Shown here: one piece after another, positions 36,620-49,939 of the stretch
How the letters are laid out: each line of letters opens with the position of its first letter
Numbering within the stretch: position 1 is the stretch's first letter
From: Octopus bimaculoides
Lineage: Eukaryota
DNA length: 64,000 bases
Assembly (NCBI RefSeq): GCF_001194135.2
Contig: NC_068982.1
Location: forward strand, 65,062,928-65,126,927
Direction: 5' to 3'
Position numbers and translations under genes: made by a program
Notes under the pieces: model-generated
What the model was told of the DNA's origin: nothing
Databases searched by the model: none
The model's input: only the letters and a program-made list of their open reading frames with translations

Positions 36620-37320
36620 ACGTATTGTGTGTTTACACGCATCTGTGTTGGTATATCTGTTGTGCGCGTTGTACGTGTTTTGCACTCGTGTGAGCAGATA
36701 TGCAATGTGTATGTGCAAGAGTTAGCCTTCACAGTTTGTGAGTCTGAGCGCGTGTGTTTGCGCGCATTGTGTGAACGTATATCACCGTGCATTTTTGGTG
36801 TATTCGAGTGCCATGTGTGTATGTGTATATATGTGTGTGTACGCGTGCTTACGAGCAGCGCGTGTGCATGCTTGCGTGCGTGTGTTCTTACGAGTAGTTT
36901 TGTGTGTACGTGTGTTTACGAACGCGCGCACCACGATACATCATATATGTTTATCTGTTTGTATAACTGTGTATATGTATAGGCATATGCAAGTCGTTGC
37001 CTGTGTGCTGCACGTACCTGTAGCATACGCGCACGAGTATATGCGTGCACGGGAGTGCGCCTGTGTAGGCGTCTCTGACTTATGTGTTCGTGTGCTCGCG
37101 AATCTCTACGTGCATTATACACGTACGTTCTCATATGATTTGGTGTGTACAAGTGTATAGCTTGCTTGCATGCGTGTTATATATATATGCGTGAGTGTGT
37201 GTGTGTCCCGGCGTGTAGTTCGATTTCGCGTACGTGCTTACAAGTGTTGTTGTGTGAAGTTTAGAGCGAGCGAGCGTATATGTGCATGCGCGTTTGCTTT
37301 GTGTTTGTTATTGTCGTGTT
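36620..37320. repeat. CpG-rich (GTGC/CGTG/GTAT) degenerate low-complexity region
   Basis: Direct inspection; the overlapping ORFs are compositional (C/V/R/A-rich). Confidence 0.8.
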
Positions 37321-38504
37321 TGAGAAGGCGGGGATTGTCGAATAGCCTCAGGAAATGGGAATAGAAGGACGTGATTGTTGCTTTCAGTGTAGTTTTTGAA
37401 GAATTTTGGGGTTAACGTGTAGATTTGAAATATGTATATTGTGTATATTTATTTACTCTGTATGCGCATTATCTATATTTAAGAGTGGAGGACTTATACA
37501 TAACCTGTGCAAGCCCTTCTCGGATACAAAAGACGAGTGGGTTGCGTGAGACGGAGTGTGCTCAAAGTGGATCTTGTTCAGTATTAAATAATGCATGTTT
37601 TTGTGTTTGTATTGTACCATAACACTCACAGAGTTTAATATATAACGTAATGACTCTTTCTATGGAGCGATCATTCTTGCAATGAATGACTTAGATTTTA
37701 ATATTTGATGCGGGTTTTTGAGCGTAAGGTATGTATACAGTACGGGTGGCCAGAAGAATGCTGATGTTGGAGTTGGAGACAGAATATAACCGATAATTTC
37801 TGAAGAGCAATCAGTTATAGTAGCAGCAGAAGAGTGGGATGGGGAAAATCAGCACAACGATGGATTAAGGGATTGAACATTTTCAAAGGAGAATTTTATC
37901 GATCAAGCTGATGGTATTCTTCCAATGCTGAGTAGGGTTGCAGTACATAAATGTAATGTGATTGGACTTCGGAATGTATATAGGCAATTCTTCAGTTTTC
38001 TCAACAAAACATAAAAGCAAACAGCGTACTGTTTTCTGAAATTGAAAATATTAAAATTTCTGATATATTTTTTCCACATTTCTTAAAAACGTGTTTTATT
38101 ATAGTGTGCAAATCAATCATATCGAATCTCCTCTTTCTTATTTTAGTCAAAACATGAGAATGATATGTTTATAAAATATGTAGAAATATTGCTATCTTAT
38201 CGAATCCTACGTTTACAATGAATATTCAAGTCTGTGAAGTACTTGAGTAAAAGTTAAACTGAATTCACTTGCGTTTCTAATAATGCCTTCAGAAACAAAC
38301 AAACAAAAAGATATAACGATGTTTTAAGCACTTAAATGATTACATTTTTTTTGTGTTCGTCAGAAAAATATTCATTATAGTTAATTAATCGTTTTAAGTC
38401 TTAAACATTTGATAAAAATGTGAATAAAAAACAAAGAAAAACGATACAAATAGACTTTTATGCACTGGAACGATTGGGAGTGGAGGAAACAAAACAGTAA
38501 TTTA

Positions 38505-38710
38505 ATTTTTTTACTTGTTTCAGCCATTGGAGTGCGGCCTTGCTGGGGCACTGCATTGAAGGGTTTAGTGGAACAAATCGCCCCCAGTACTTCTTAAAAG
38601 TCTGGGAATTATCCTATCGGTCCCTTTCACCAAATCACTAAGTTATGGAGACTTCAACAAACCAACGCCAGTTGTCCAGCGGTTGAGGGCGAACAAACAC
38701 AAAGGCACAT

Positions 38711-38755
<45 letters not shown>

Positions 38756-39015
38756 GAGAATATACAAATAATAACAGACGAGGACAGGTGGTGTAAATAA
38801 CAAAAGGATATAATATATATATATATATATATATTATGTGTGTGTGTAATATATATACATACACACACACACGACGGGCTTCCACTCAGTTTCTGTCTAC
38901 CAAATTTTCTTACAAGGCATTGGTCAAGCTAGGGCCATAGCAGGTGCTGCGCATTGGGGCTGAACCTGAAACCACGTAGTTGCAATGTAAACTTCTTAAC
39001 CACACAACCATGCCT
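38505..39015 (-). mobile_element. SINE family B with an insertion in its central (TA)n
   Basis: Head at about 38990-39015, tail at about 38505-38700, and a foreign segment at 38754-38810 between two (TA)n tracts. Confidence 0.75.
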
Positions 39016-39305
39016 GCGTCTATTTGTTGAAAAAAATATCGGAAGTAAATTTTCTCCTTTAAAATCCACACGGACTGAATGCCTTATTTGATGTTTAACT
39101 TCCTGTCATCCCTTAATCGAGCAAATCTATGATCAAAGTCCATGACCATCCCGTCTTTTTTTTTTCTTCTCTGGCTTAGATCCAAAATGCCAGACCACTT
39201 CCTCTATCTCCCTTACTCTCAGACAAAAGGAGTGACCCGAAATGCTAATTTTAATAACTTTTAATAACTTCCCCATTGCATGTATAGGACTACACGAGCA
39301 AAAAT

Positions 39306-39665
39306 ATTCGTGGCTGTGTGGTAAGAAGCTTGCTTCCCAAGCACATGCTCCTGGGTTCAGTCCCACTGCGTGGTACCTTGCGCAAGTGTCTGCTACTATA
39401 GCCTCAGGCCGACCAAAGCCTTGAGTGGATTTGATAGACGGAAACAAAGAAGCCCGTCGTATATGTGTCGTGCTTGTCCCTCACTACCGCTTGACAGCCG
39501 GTGTTGGTGTGTTTACGTCTCCGTAACTAGGCAGCTGGGCAAAAGACACCGATAGAATAAGTACCAGGCTTTAAAAAAAAGTACTGAGGTCCGAGTTATT
39601 CGACTCAAATTCATCAAGGCAGTGCCTTAGCATGGCCGCAGCCTAATGACTGAAACAAGTAAGAG
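39306..39665 (+). mobile_element. SINE family B, full length
   Basis: tattcgtggctgtgtggtaagaagcttgcttccc...gggttcagtcccactgcgtgg through gcagcctaatgactgaaacaagtaaga. Confidence 0.85.
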
Positions 39666-40847
39666 ATCAGTGGCATGTGATCCGAGGTAGATTTGGGCTA
39701 TTATTTCTAACACGTGGAATGACCTCATAGAGATTCCGTCTTTGTCGCAGCGTAGAATGCCATTAGGCTTTGTAGGTAAGATTTAAAGGTTATTTTATTT
39801 TAGAATAGGCATTAGGGTTACAACTTTTCGTTCTTCAAAACATGCTTTCTGCAAGAAAGCAACAGCCTTCTTCTGAAGACAGAATAACAAGATCATAATA
39901 GATGGGCTGTTTTAGAGAAAAAGTCGACAGACTTTTGTAAGCTTCGAACTTTTACGATCAAAGAGCGGTGAATAAGAAACAAGAACGATGAATTAGATAT
40001 CAGATCATCCCGGCGTCAGAGTTCTTATGCTTCATGCTTTCATAGAGAAAGACACTAGAAATCACGGTAGCTTTCCAAATTATGTTTATGACAAGATCAA
40101 AGCAAATTTAGTCAGCTTTGATCGGCAGATCTATATCATTGAAGGCGTTCCAGACATGACCATCCCGTCTTGTTTCTATCCAAGCTGGCGGAATTGTTCG
40201 AGTGTCAGAAATGTCTTGTGGCATTCGTTCCAGCTCTTTACATTCTGAGTTCAAATCTTGCCAAAGTCGATAAGTACCAAATAAAAGCCGAGGTTAGTTG
40301 TATTGATTAAACGCTTCCCATCAAAATTGCCGGCCTTGTGCCTTTTAAACTTTAATTAGAAACCGTTGTATCTAAGACTACATTAACAATGTATCTCTGC
40401 ATAAAACAAAACTAACAAACAAAAAGAGAAACAGTAAGGTATGAATTGCGGAAAATCTAGCTTCTATTCGTAGCATTCAAGCGATCAACATAGTGGCTTT
40501 GTTGGCTAGTTATATATTTACAAGAATAAATATAATTGACTGTATACTATTCCTACAAATACGTGGCCATAAAAGCCAATGCGATGAGATGTTATTTTTC
40601 AATCTACTGCATTTTGCAACAAGTTTATTTATCAACGTAGACTTTATAAAGATTCTTGCTTTTTAGCGTGAGAGGATAATTCGATCACTTCTATTATAAA
40701 TCCATTCACACCTCAGCTGCAATTAAAGAAAAATATAAATGGAACACAGTACTTGACTTGTATACTGTTATCTCTTGAATGAAGAAAGGTACAGTTGACC
40801 TCGGCCGAATCTGAACTGAGAACGTAAAAGTATCGTAACTAAATACC

Positions 40848-41050
40848 TATTTCGTTATTGCCCACAAGGGGCTAAACATAGAGGGAACAAACAAGAACAG
40901 ACGAACGGATTAAGTCGATTACATCGACCCCAGTGCGTAACTGGTACTTAATTTATCGACCCCGAAAGGATGAAAGGCAAAGTCGACCTCGGCGGAATTT
41001 GAACTCAGAACGTAACGGCAGACGAAATACCGCGAAGCACTAACGATTCT
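40848..41050 (-). mobile_element. SINE family A, long-tail variant
   Basis: Same tail as the 3769 copy (aatccgtt.gtctgt.cttgtttgt.ccctct.tgt.ta...cttgtggg). Confidence 0.85.
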
Positions 41051-41992
41051 ACCTGTCCACTGGTGGACATTGTGAACCACTGAACTAGATGCCCGTTTCC
41101 AATTAGTTTGGTAATCTACGGTTACGTAGTTCTCGCTGTGTTTTTATCTTCTTTAAAGAAATAGCAGATGGCCGAGTTGATTGAGAGTCGAACTATCCAT
41201 CTTAAGAATTGTTGGTTCTTATCCACTGTTTCAGCATTGTATAGTGTCAATAGCCGAGACTCTTTAACTTTTGCTGACTCGATCCATTGCGCTTCAGTAT
41301 GTGTGTTTTTAGCTTGTAGCACTGAATTTAGATTATACTATAGACCTCGAGAAAGTAAAAGGGTCGGGTGCCTATTTTGTCTATAATATTAAGCAAAGCT
41401 TTTAATGATACGAACTTATGACACTTCAGACGTGAGGTTGACACCTTATCCACTCGGTCATTACAGTTCCAACATATTCGAAAATATACTCAACAAAAAT
41501 AGTTTTGCGTTTATACTTTCTGAAGTTTGACACACTGTCACTTAAGACTGCGTCTGTTATGTGACACCATCTTCTCTACTGCTTGCTTCTTCAACTGTCT
41601 TCTGACAATTTTTAAGCGTTCTTTTGATTTAAAAAAAAATCTTTTTTGGTATTCTCTCTTTCTTCTGTATTTTTTTTTTTTCAATTCTTTTGTCTTCCAC
41701 TTCGTTTTGTTATTTTGTTCCTTCTATTCTGTATTCCTCTTAATTTTTTCATTCATTCTTTTATCCTACCACCGCTTCACTCTCATTCTGTCGTCTTCCT
41801 TCTAACTGCTTCCTTCTCTCATTTTACAGAAGTTAGTTCGCCGATAATGGCAACTAGATTTATAACTTAGTTCGATTCGAAACTGAAATCATTTCACATA
41901 TTCCAAACCACCAATATCTTTGGAAAGACCATGAACATCATAACTGCCCCTTTCTTTTTCGTCATAGAATTGAGGCGTTATACTTAGCGCAA

Positions 41993-42025
<33 letters not shown>

Positions 42026-42477
42026 NNNNNNNNNNNNNNNNNNNNNNNNNNNNNNNNNNNNNNNNNNNNNNNNNNNNNNNNNNNNNNNNNNNNNACACAC
42101 ACACACACACACACAGAGTGAAAAGAAGAAAAAACTGGAGAGCAAGAAGTTAACAATTATTTATTATTAACAAATTGGTCATCTTCGCTTCTTACAACCG
42201 TTTCAATTAATACTCAATAATTTAATTACAAATTTGTACATTAAATTTGCATTTATGTGACAGGAGCATAATTTCATGAGAGAAAGAAAAAAGATGTCCC
42301 TTCGAATGTTATATGTTGATCTATCAATTCATTTCAGCAGACCATTTGCTTAATACACAGCTATTGTTTTAAGGGAATTTCAATCCCCCAACAATAGTAA
42401 GTATTGAACCAGTATTTCCTTGAATGCAACTATCTCTTCACGAGGTTAACATATCCTCTAATTATATATGTGTGTGT

Positions 42478-42830
42478 GTCTTGTTTCAGTTAATGAACTA
42501 CGGCCATGCTGTAACATCACCTTTTAGGGTTTAGTCGAACATATCGACCCCAGTACTTAATCTGTTAGAGCCTAGTATTATTCTATCGCTCTCTTTTTCC
42601 GAGTCGCTATGTTACAGGACGTAAACAAACCAACAACAGCCGCCAAGCGGTGCGGAGAGACATACACACACATATGCACAACAGATTTCGCTCAGTTTCC
42701 GTCTGCCAAATCCAGTCACAAGGCTTCGGTCGGCTCAGGGCTATAGTACAAGACACTTGCCCATAATGCCACGCAGTGGGACTAAACCCAAAACCATGTG
42801 GTTGGGAAGCAAACTTCTTACTACACGACC
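42478..42830 (-). mobile_element. SINE family B
   Basis: Reverse complement of the family B head, core and tail. Confidence 0.75.
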
Positions 42831-43680
42831 ACAAATATACATACATTTATGGTGTGAGGTTACGTTGTGTGCTACATGAATTTATTGCTGTGTCTAACAA
42901 TTAATTATAGAGGTTTACAAGTCAGAAATTCGACAGAAATGGTAAATTATTGCTAAATATCTAACAATATTTAGTCTTATCTCTCTATAATCAGAATTCA
43001 AATACTCCTGTGTTCGACTTTGCCTTTCGTATCTCATTCGGCTGAGTCCGGTTCTTTACAATTATTCCTTTTGTGAAAACTATATAGAACAGGAATTGAG
43101 GGATTTTCTACAAGACTACGGCGTTCGTAAGAGGCGATTTCATATAAATGGTGTGGAATTTATAGAGAAACATTGCCCTAGCTCATAAAGACCGATGCAG
43201 TGTGGTGGCTCAAGTATTTTCTGCAGCTGGAAAGCTTAGCAGAAAAGTTTATTGTAATAGGGGAAAAGAGGAGTGAGAGTACCTCGATGGGATAGATTTT
43301 CACAGAAAGTTGGAAGATAGGAGTTTGTCAGTCGGATAGATGGAGTGCTCATACGGTGACACAGATAACCCACATTGTATGTATCGACGAGAACCTGATA
43401 TTTCTTGTTACAAAACTCTTTTAGCTTTCAAGGGTGGTAAGAGGTTGCGATTTTAGGTAGGCCATCATAAAAAAGTTTTACATAGAAATTAAAATCCTAC
43501 TCTTTCTAAAAGTGACTCTTAAAGGCGTTTTCGATTGTTTGATTGCCTTACTGAACTAAAGTTTGAATTATGTAAATAGAACAATAAATACTAAGGAGAG
43601 AAAGACAGTCCTCAAAGGAAATTACTTTCTTCATTCGGTGGTTCCAGTGGGATTGAGTAGATTTTTGGTCGCCTCCTTCC

Positions 43681-43846
43681 CAAAGCCGTCTTAACAGCCT
43701 TATAGCTCCTTGGGCAAATCAATGCACTGGGCCCTATAGTATTTTTGTAATAGTATGCTACGGCATACACAGATCATAACTGGGCCTCTAGGCCCATGAG
43801 GCTTCCATGCAGTTGCCCAGTGTGTCCTTACACTAAGATGGCTTTG
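43681..43846. mobile_element. hAT-type MITE with perfect 8-bp TSD
   Basis: TIRs caaagccgtctta / taagatggctttg; TSD ctccttcc at 43673-43680 and 43847-43854. Confidence 0.88.
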
Positions 43847-44905
43847 CTCCTTCCTTAAATCTAACATGCCTTCGACCATAGCAAACATACGTACATAAAG
43901 AGGCCGTCCTATCTGGTTAGCTCACTCTACGCTGCACCACTGGGTGATTTCACCAATTTCTTTTTCGATACTCAAGTATTTGTCCTCAATGGAGGTTGTG
44001 AGTGCTAATGTTCATCTTTTGTCGGGTTTTGATCTGCTCTCACTTGAATTTGAATCCACTCTCTGGGATATATTGGCTGCACTCTTCCGTCGCTCGGTTT
44101 AACATTATCGCATGAGATTTTGGTGTATTATTATACGGAGTGTCTCACTGTCGTAAGCATTCAAGCAAGATCTCCAAGCTGCAGATAACTTCCTCTTTTC
44201 CGTCATTCGCGGAGAGCAGAGAGGCAGTGCTGCCTTTCTTCCCTCTGAGATGTAAATTAAAAACTGCTATATTAACCTGGAACTTCGCTTATAGTTAGAT
44301 ATACACTTAATGCAAAGGGCGGTCAGTTAAAGCTAAGATACAGCGCTGAATAAATAAATAAATGAATACTTGCTTCTAGAAAGTTTTGTGTTTACTACAA
44401 TATTTCATGTTAAATCAATTTAGTTTTCACACTCAACAGGGAGTCGATAAAATAACTACCAAAATTAGTAGGCTATCAAATAAAGGAAATATGCCCTTTA
44501 ATCTCCAGTTCGTGTTGTATCCAGTAGAGCCTTCCACAAAAATGTAATTTGAATATCATGGCTAATATGTGGCTTCCGGGTAACTTTGGAAAAGTGAAGC
44601 CGTTGTTTACTCGAAATAGTTACGGTCTTAAAGGACACCGGATGTTTCCTATAAACGGTAGTCCAATTTAAAGGATTACAAAATAAAAATATTAAAATAT
44701 AAAAAATGAACATCCGGAACAAAAGCAAGAAAAACATTTCATGCTCGATCAGATTTGACAGTATTTGAACAAAAAAATAAGCTTTTCATTATAGTGGTAT
44801 AAATGCCATTTATTGTTGCAATTTCACTGTGCGTGTGAGAGAGAGAGAGAGAGAGAGAGAGATGGGTGGGGTAAGTTGCCGAACATGTACGTCAACAACG
44901 ATTCT

Positions 44906-45122
44906 TTTTTTTTCTACTCTAGGCACAAGGCCCGAAATTTGGGGGGAGGGGGCCAGTCGATTAGATCGACCTCAGTACGCAACTGGTACTTAATTTATCG
45001 ACCCCGAAAAGATGAAAGGCAAAGTCAACCTCGGCGAAATTTGAACTCAGAACGCAAAGACAGACGAAATACCGCTAAGCATTTCGCCCGGCGTGCTAAC
45101 GTTTCTGCCAGCTCGCCGCCTT
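44906..45122 (-). mobile_element. SINE family A, near-consensus
   Basis: Almost identical to the 29578 and 49940 copies, in reverse orientation. Confidence 0.85.
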
Positions 45123-45354
45123 AACAACGATCCTTTCTGACATAAAAATGAAAGGGGCCACATAGAAAAGATATGCTACTTTTCTACCAATTTACAAATC
45201 GCTCATTTTACTTAAGTGACTGCTAATATTAATTAAACTGAGTTAATTACAGTTTTATGATATTTTTTATAGACATATGTAGTGTAAATAGTATTTTATG
45301 GGACTGTGATTACTAAGACTAATTAAATTGACTTAATTACAGTTTTACAGTATT

Positions 45355-45532
45355 TGGGCGTGGCTATGTGGTAAGTAGCTTGCTTACCAGCCATATGGTT
45401 CCGGGTTCAGTCCCACTACGTGGCACCTTAGGTAAGTGTCTTCTACTATAGCCTCGGGCCGACGAAAGCCTTGTGAGTGGATTTAGTAGATGGAAACTGA
45501 AAGAAGCCCATCGTGTGTATATATATATATGC

Positions 45533-45572
<40 letters not shown>

Positions 45573-45765
45573 TTGTCCCTTCGCCATCGCTTGACAACCG
45601 ATGTTAGTGTGTTTATGTCCCCTCAACTTAGTGGTTCGGCAAAATAGATTGATAGAGTAAGGTATTAGACTTACAAAGAATAAGTCCTGGGGTCAATTTG
45701 TTCGAGTAAAGGCGGTGCTTCAGCATGGCCACAGTCAAATGACTGAAATGAAAAAAAAAGAATAA
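45355..45765 (+). mobile_element. SINE family B, full length
   Basis: Head gggcgtggctatgtggtaagtagcttgc, central (TA)n(TG)n, tail aatgactgaaatgaaaaaaaaag. Confidence 0.85.
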
Positions 45766-46429
45766 AACACGAATTAAGAATTTTTGAAGACATGTGGGGA
45801 TTCCTGTATGTCCCTCTCACTCTCTCTCTCTCTCTCTCTGAAAGCGGGGCTTATCCCTTGGTTCCGTTCATCCAATAATGATACAAAGTATGTAGCCCTT
45901 AAAACGGTTTTTGTGCATTTACAGAGAATACCGAACTGTCTTACACAGGATCTTGTTTTTAGGAATTCCCAATAAGTTATGAATACCCAGTTATGTAATA
46001 ACATGAAATTAGTTACCCGATAGTAAGAATTCAAATAAAGTAGCCTCGAAAAGAGTTTTAATACGTTCCCAAACTATATAGAACATAAGACGAAATACTA
46101 ATAAGGTATGTATACTAAAATAGTGAAGCATGTTACATAATAACAAGCTAATCAGATATGAGATAATAACAATTCAAAGTAAATAATTCTGAAAAGGGCT
46201 TTTGTGCGCTCCCAGAGAATATTACCCTCAGGGACGCTCGTGTTGGTATATTTGTGAATAAGTCACTAACCGTAAGAAGTGGATCTATTGTTTAGGAAAA
46301 TACTATTTACTTGTTTAATGGTTGTACTGGATAAATTGCGTAAATAACTCTAACAGTTCAAATACTAAGAAATAAGCATACTCAATTTCATCTTTAACAA
46401 ATAATTTAGGAAAATGAATGGGTTTTTTC

Positions 46430-46694
46430 CCCTGGTTATAAGGATCCCTTCCAAGGGGCGAATGGGTTATTTTCCTTGGTTTTTAAAATAAAATATATTA
46501 GACATATATAAGGATCCCTTCCAGGGGCCCTATTATCGATTTTTTTTCAGCAATCTGAGTATGCCATGAGGCTTTCAGACATGAGTTCTACTCACGTATC
46601 CAGTTTCATCAAAATTGATAAAACGATGCAGGAGGAGTTAGCTGACAACTCCACAAAAACACCCACAGACAGAATTTCCCACATATGTAGTAGA
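46430..46694 (-). mobile_element. Probable Helitron-N 5' portion
   Basis: Minus strand a|TCtactacatatgtgggaaattctgtctgt..., with an internal tandem repeat tataaggatcccttcca.ggggc. The 3' CTAG end was not located. Confidence 0.4.
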
Positions 46695-48066
46695 TATGTT
46701 ATCTTCGCTTTTATGGTCCTAAATTGTGGGTTGTAAAATTACTATTGTCGACGGCAAACGAAATACTAGAACATTGCTGCTCTGCGCTGAGAAATTCGGG
46801 CAGTTTTTGATTTAGCTGCAGTTTAATGACTGAAACAAGTCAAAGATAAAAGATAGCTATTTTAGATGGATGTAAAATGTAAGAGTTAAAGCGGCACTTT
46901 ACTATTAGTGAGGTGCAAAACTATTGTAAAAACAAGCATCCATTCTTATTTATTCGTCCACGTTTATAATAATATAACCGAGATATAGTTGCTTTAAGTA
47001 CAGCATGGTGGAATGGTTAAGAAGTTTTCTTCGCAACCATGAGGTTACGTGGCATGTTGGGCGAATGATTGACCCAAATCTTGTGAATAAAATTGGGTTG
47101 ACGAAAATTATGTAGAAAACCGCCAGAAGTTAGTCATATCGCCTCTCATGCTGATTTTCTCAAAGGTATGTCTGGCCACTTACACGTCCATTCAGAAGCA
47201 GGTAATTCAATTGATCGAATAATGAAACCTCATCATCGAAGGACGGAAATTCACCACTACCACCGCATGCCCTGTATCGTAAAAATAATTTAAACTCAAG
47301 ACATCAGGAATATATATCAGATTCTTCCAACTCCAACTCCATTGTCTCAAAGATTCCCTAATTAGAAATAAAAAGAAATAAAAGGAAAAACTGGTAGTAA
47401 TAAAAGAAATGTAGGTGGAGCTGTATAATTATAACCTTATGTGGCGGTATTTTGCGGAAGCTGCGAAGTTGAATGAGAGATGAATGGGTTTAACTTCAAA
47501 TTAAGTGGTAGCGGGAGAGTAAATTTTGTCTGAGATGCCCAGGTAGATTTTACGTAAGTTAAATAGATAACTGACGACTTAACCGTTAAAGCAAGAGATA
47601 AGCTGGTTCGCAGCTTAAGTACAAAATAAGGAATGCAGAGAGAAAGAGAGCGAGAGAGATAAGGGTGTAGGTTTATTGCTAGTTAGGTTCCGCCCTGCCT
47701 TGCCCAGCAAACTTGTGTAACCGTATAGGCTATTTTTTGTCAAGATTTCTATACCTTTTTTTAATGTTTTTCTTATTCTTTGCGTTGTATATACCCAATG
47801 AAATAAAAATAATAAAATAAAATTTAAAAACAAAAAGAAAACTGCCAAAATCTTTCTACCAAATATAGAATTAACATGTACATGTTAGCAGAGATTCTAA
47901 CTCATCCAACACGAATTTGTTGGCGCGAGAATACTGAAGCTGAAGTAAAACGTATCCAGTTTGTGCTTCACGTTTCTAAGTTCAAATCTATTCTACTGTG
48001 GTCGGTATATTAAGTAATAGTGATATACGAATATCGATTCAATCGAGAAAAATCATTAGCTTAAAC

Positions 48067-48424
48067 CAGTGGTTCTCAAACATTTATTATCTATGGGCCC
48101 CCTTTAATTACAGTTTTATTCTGGTAGACCTCCATAGGTCTACCTATTCGATGTTTAAAAAACTAGTTTTATAGATACTTCTTTCAAAATTCCTATTTTG
48201 TTTTTTTACACATTCACTTGTGTAGGTTGAACCATGTAAAACATTAGAGAAAGAAACCTAGCCGTTTCTTGCAATACATAACCAATACATACAGTTAAAG
48301 CAAATTTTTTTTCAAGGGCCCTTAAATACTATTGTGAATCCCCAATTTACTATTTTGTTGTGTGCCCCCCCCCCATCTTATATGGACCCTCAGGGGCAAC
48401 ACGAATCCCGGTTGAGAACCACTA
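48067..48424. mobile_element. hAT-type MITE with perfect 8-bp TSD
   Basis: TIRs cagtggttctcaa / ttgagaaccacta; TSD gcttaaac at 48059-48066 and 48425-48432. Confidence 0.9.
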
Positions 48425-48813
48425 GCTTAAACGGAAAAAAAAAATCACCTCGTTCTTGTATTTTTGCTGGTTTTAATCATTGGACGGCGGCCTTACTAGA
48501 GTACCATCAAGTTTTTTTTTTAAGTCATTTATATCGACCTCAATGCTCTGTCTGTTACTTATTTCATCATTTCCGTAATATATGGAATGCAAAGGCACCA
48601 TTGGTGTAGGGGCAGAAGATTCAGACGATCTGTTTACTATAAGGTATTTCTATTCGAATGCACCGGGTCTCACTATGCACTATACACACACGACGGCCTG
48701 CGGTTCAAGTATGTGTGTGTGTTCACAACAAATATGAATGAATAAAGTATTCCTTACAATATATAGTCAGACGAGTATAGATTAAACAACATTAGTTTCA
48801 GACATTTTCATTA

Positions 48814-48865
<52 letters not shown>

Positions 48866-49939
48866 ACAGCTACATTGTGACAATGATCTTTACACATTTT
48901 GTTACAAACACTTAATTGAGAAATTTAAGCAATTTTTAATACTGAGGTGGTAGGCACTTTGCTGCGTATGAAAGTTGTTTAAAGCTGAGTACTTGCCATT
49001 TTTGTATTACAAATTTAAATAATCTTCATACGTTGCATACGTGGCTGTGTGGTAAGAAGTTTTCTTTCCAACCACATAGTGCCGGGTTCAGTCCCACTGC
49101 GTGGCGCCTTGGGCAAGTTTTTCTATTATTGCTTCAGACCAAAGCTTTGTGAATGGAAACTTTAACTTCACTCCTTAGTTATTTCGAAAACATGCAAACT
49201 TAAATCATGAAATTCATAATCATAATCTTGAAGCTCTTGGTATACAACGTTCTTTGTGTATTCCTCTTCGTTTAGCCCTGATCCGTCATCTAGCATATCC
49301 TGATCAAACAAGGAATACATACGCTTGAAATGGCTACGTAAAGATTAACAGTAATGTGTTGCTATTCCATAATAACGTTTTGGAGTTGTCTGGCGATTGG
49401 CACGGGTTTCAAACTGTTTGCCGTTTATCAAACTCAGTAGTTTGACTAATTTAGAGATTTGTTGATACGCGTAATTAAGTTGGTGTATATTTGATCTAGG
49501 TTACTGTGTTTGGATTTTGATTTGTAAAACATATACGGGGGGCGGGCATATAGACCTGTGTAATTAAAACATTCGGAGTGTTTTCTTATCCTCTGTTTTG
49601 ATGCCTTGTGATAGGTACAAACTATATTATGCACAAGTAACGCAGTAGGCAGAGACGACAACGTGATTTTTGTATTAAATCCTATTTAGACCGTTTTTGG
49701 TTGCATCCCATCTTCAGTGAATTAATTGGTTGCGAGTAAGAAACTTTTAGTCATAAATCACAGTTTACCCTCTCAGAAAGCCTGATCAAAAAAGTCTTAT
49801 GTTCGGCCGACTGAAGGTGCTGACAACACAGGCGGCTTCCCAGGCACTACGTGCTACAAGGCATTGTGTCAAGTGTTTGGGAATCTTCGAACTATCGTAA
49901 ATACATTGGATTCTTTGGCAATTTTGTCAATAGAAAATC

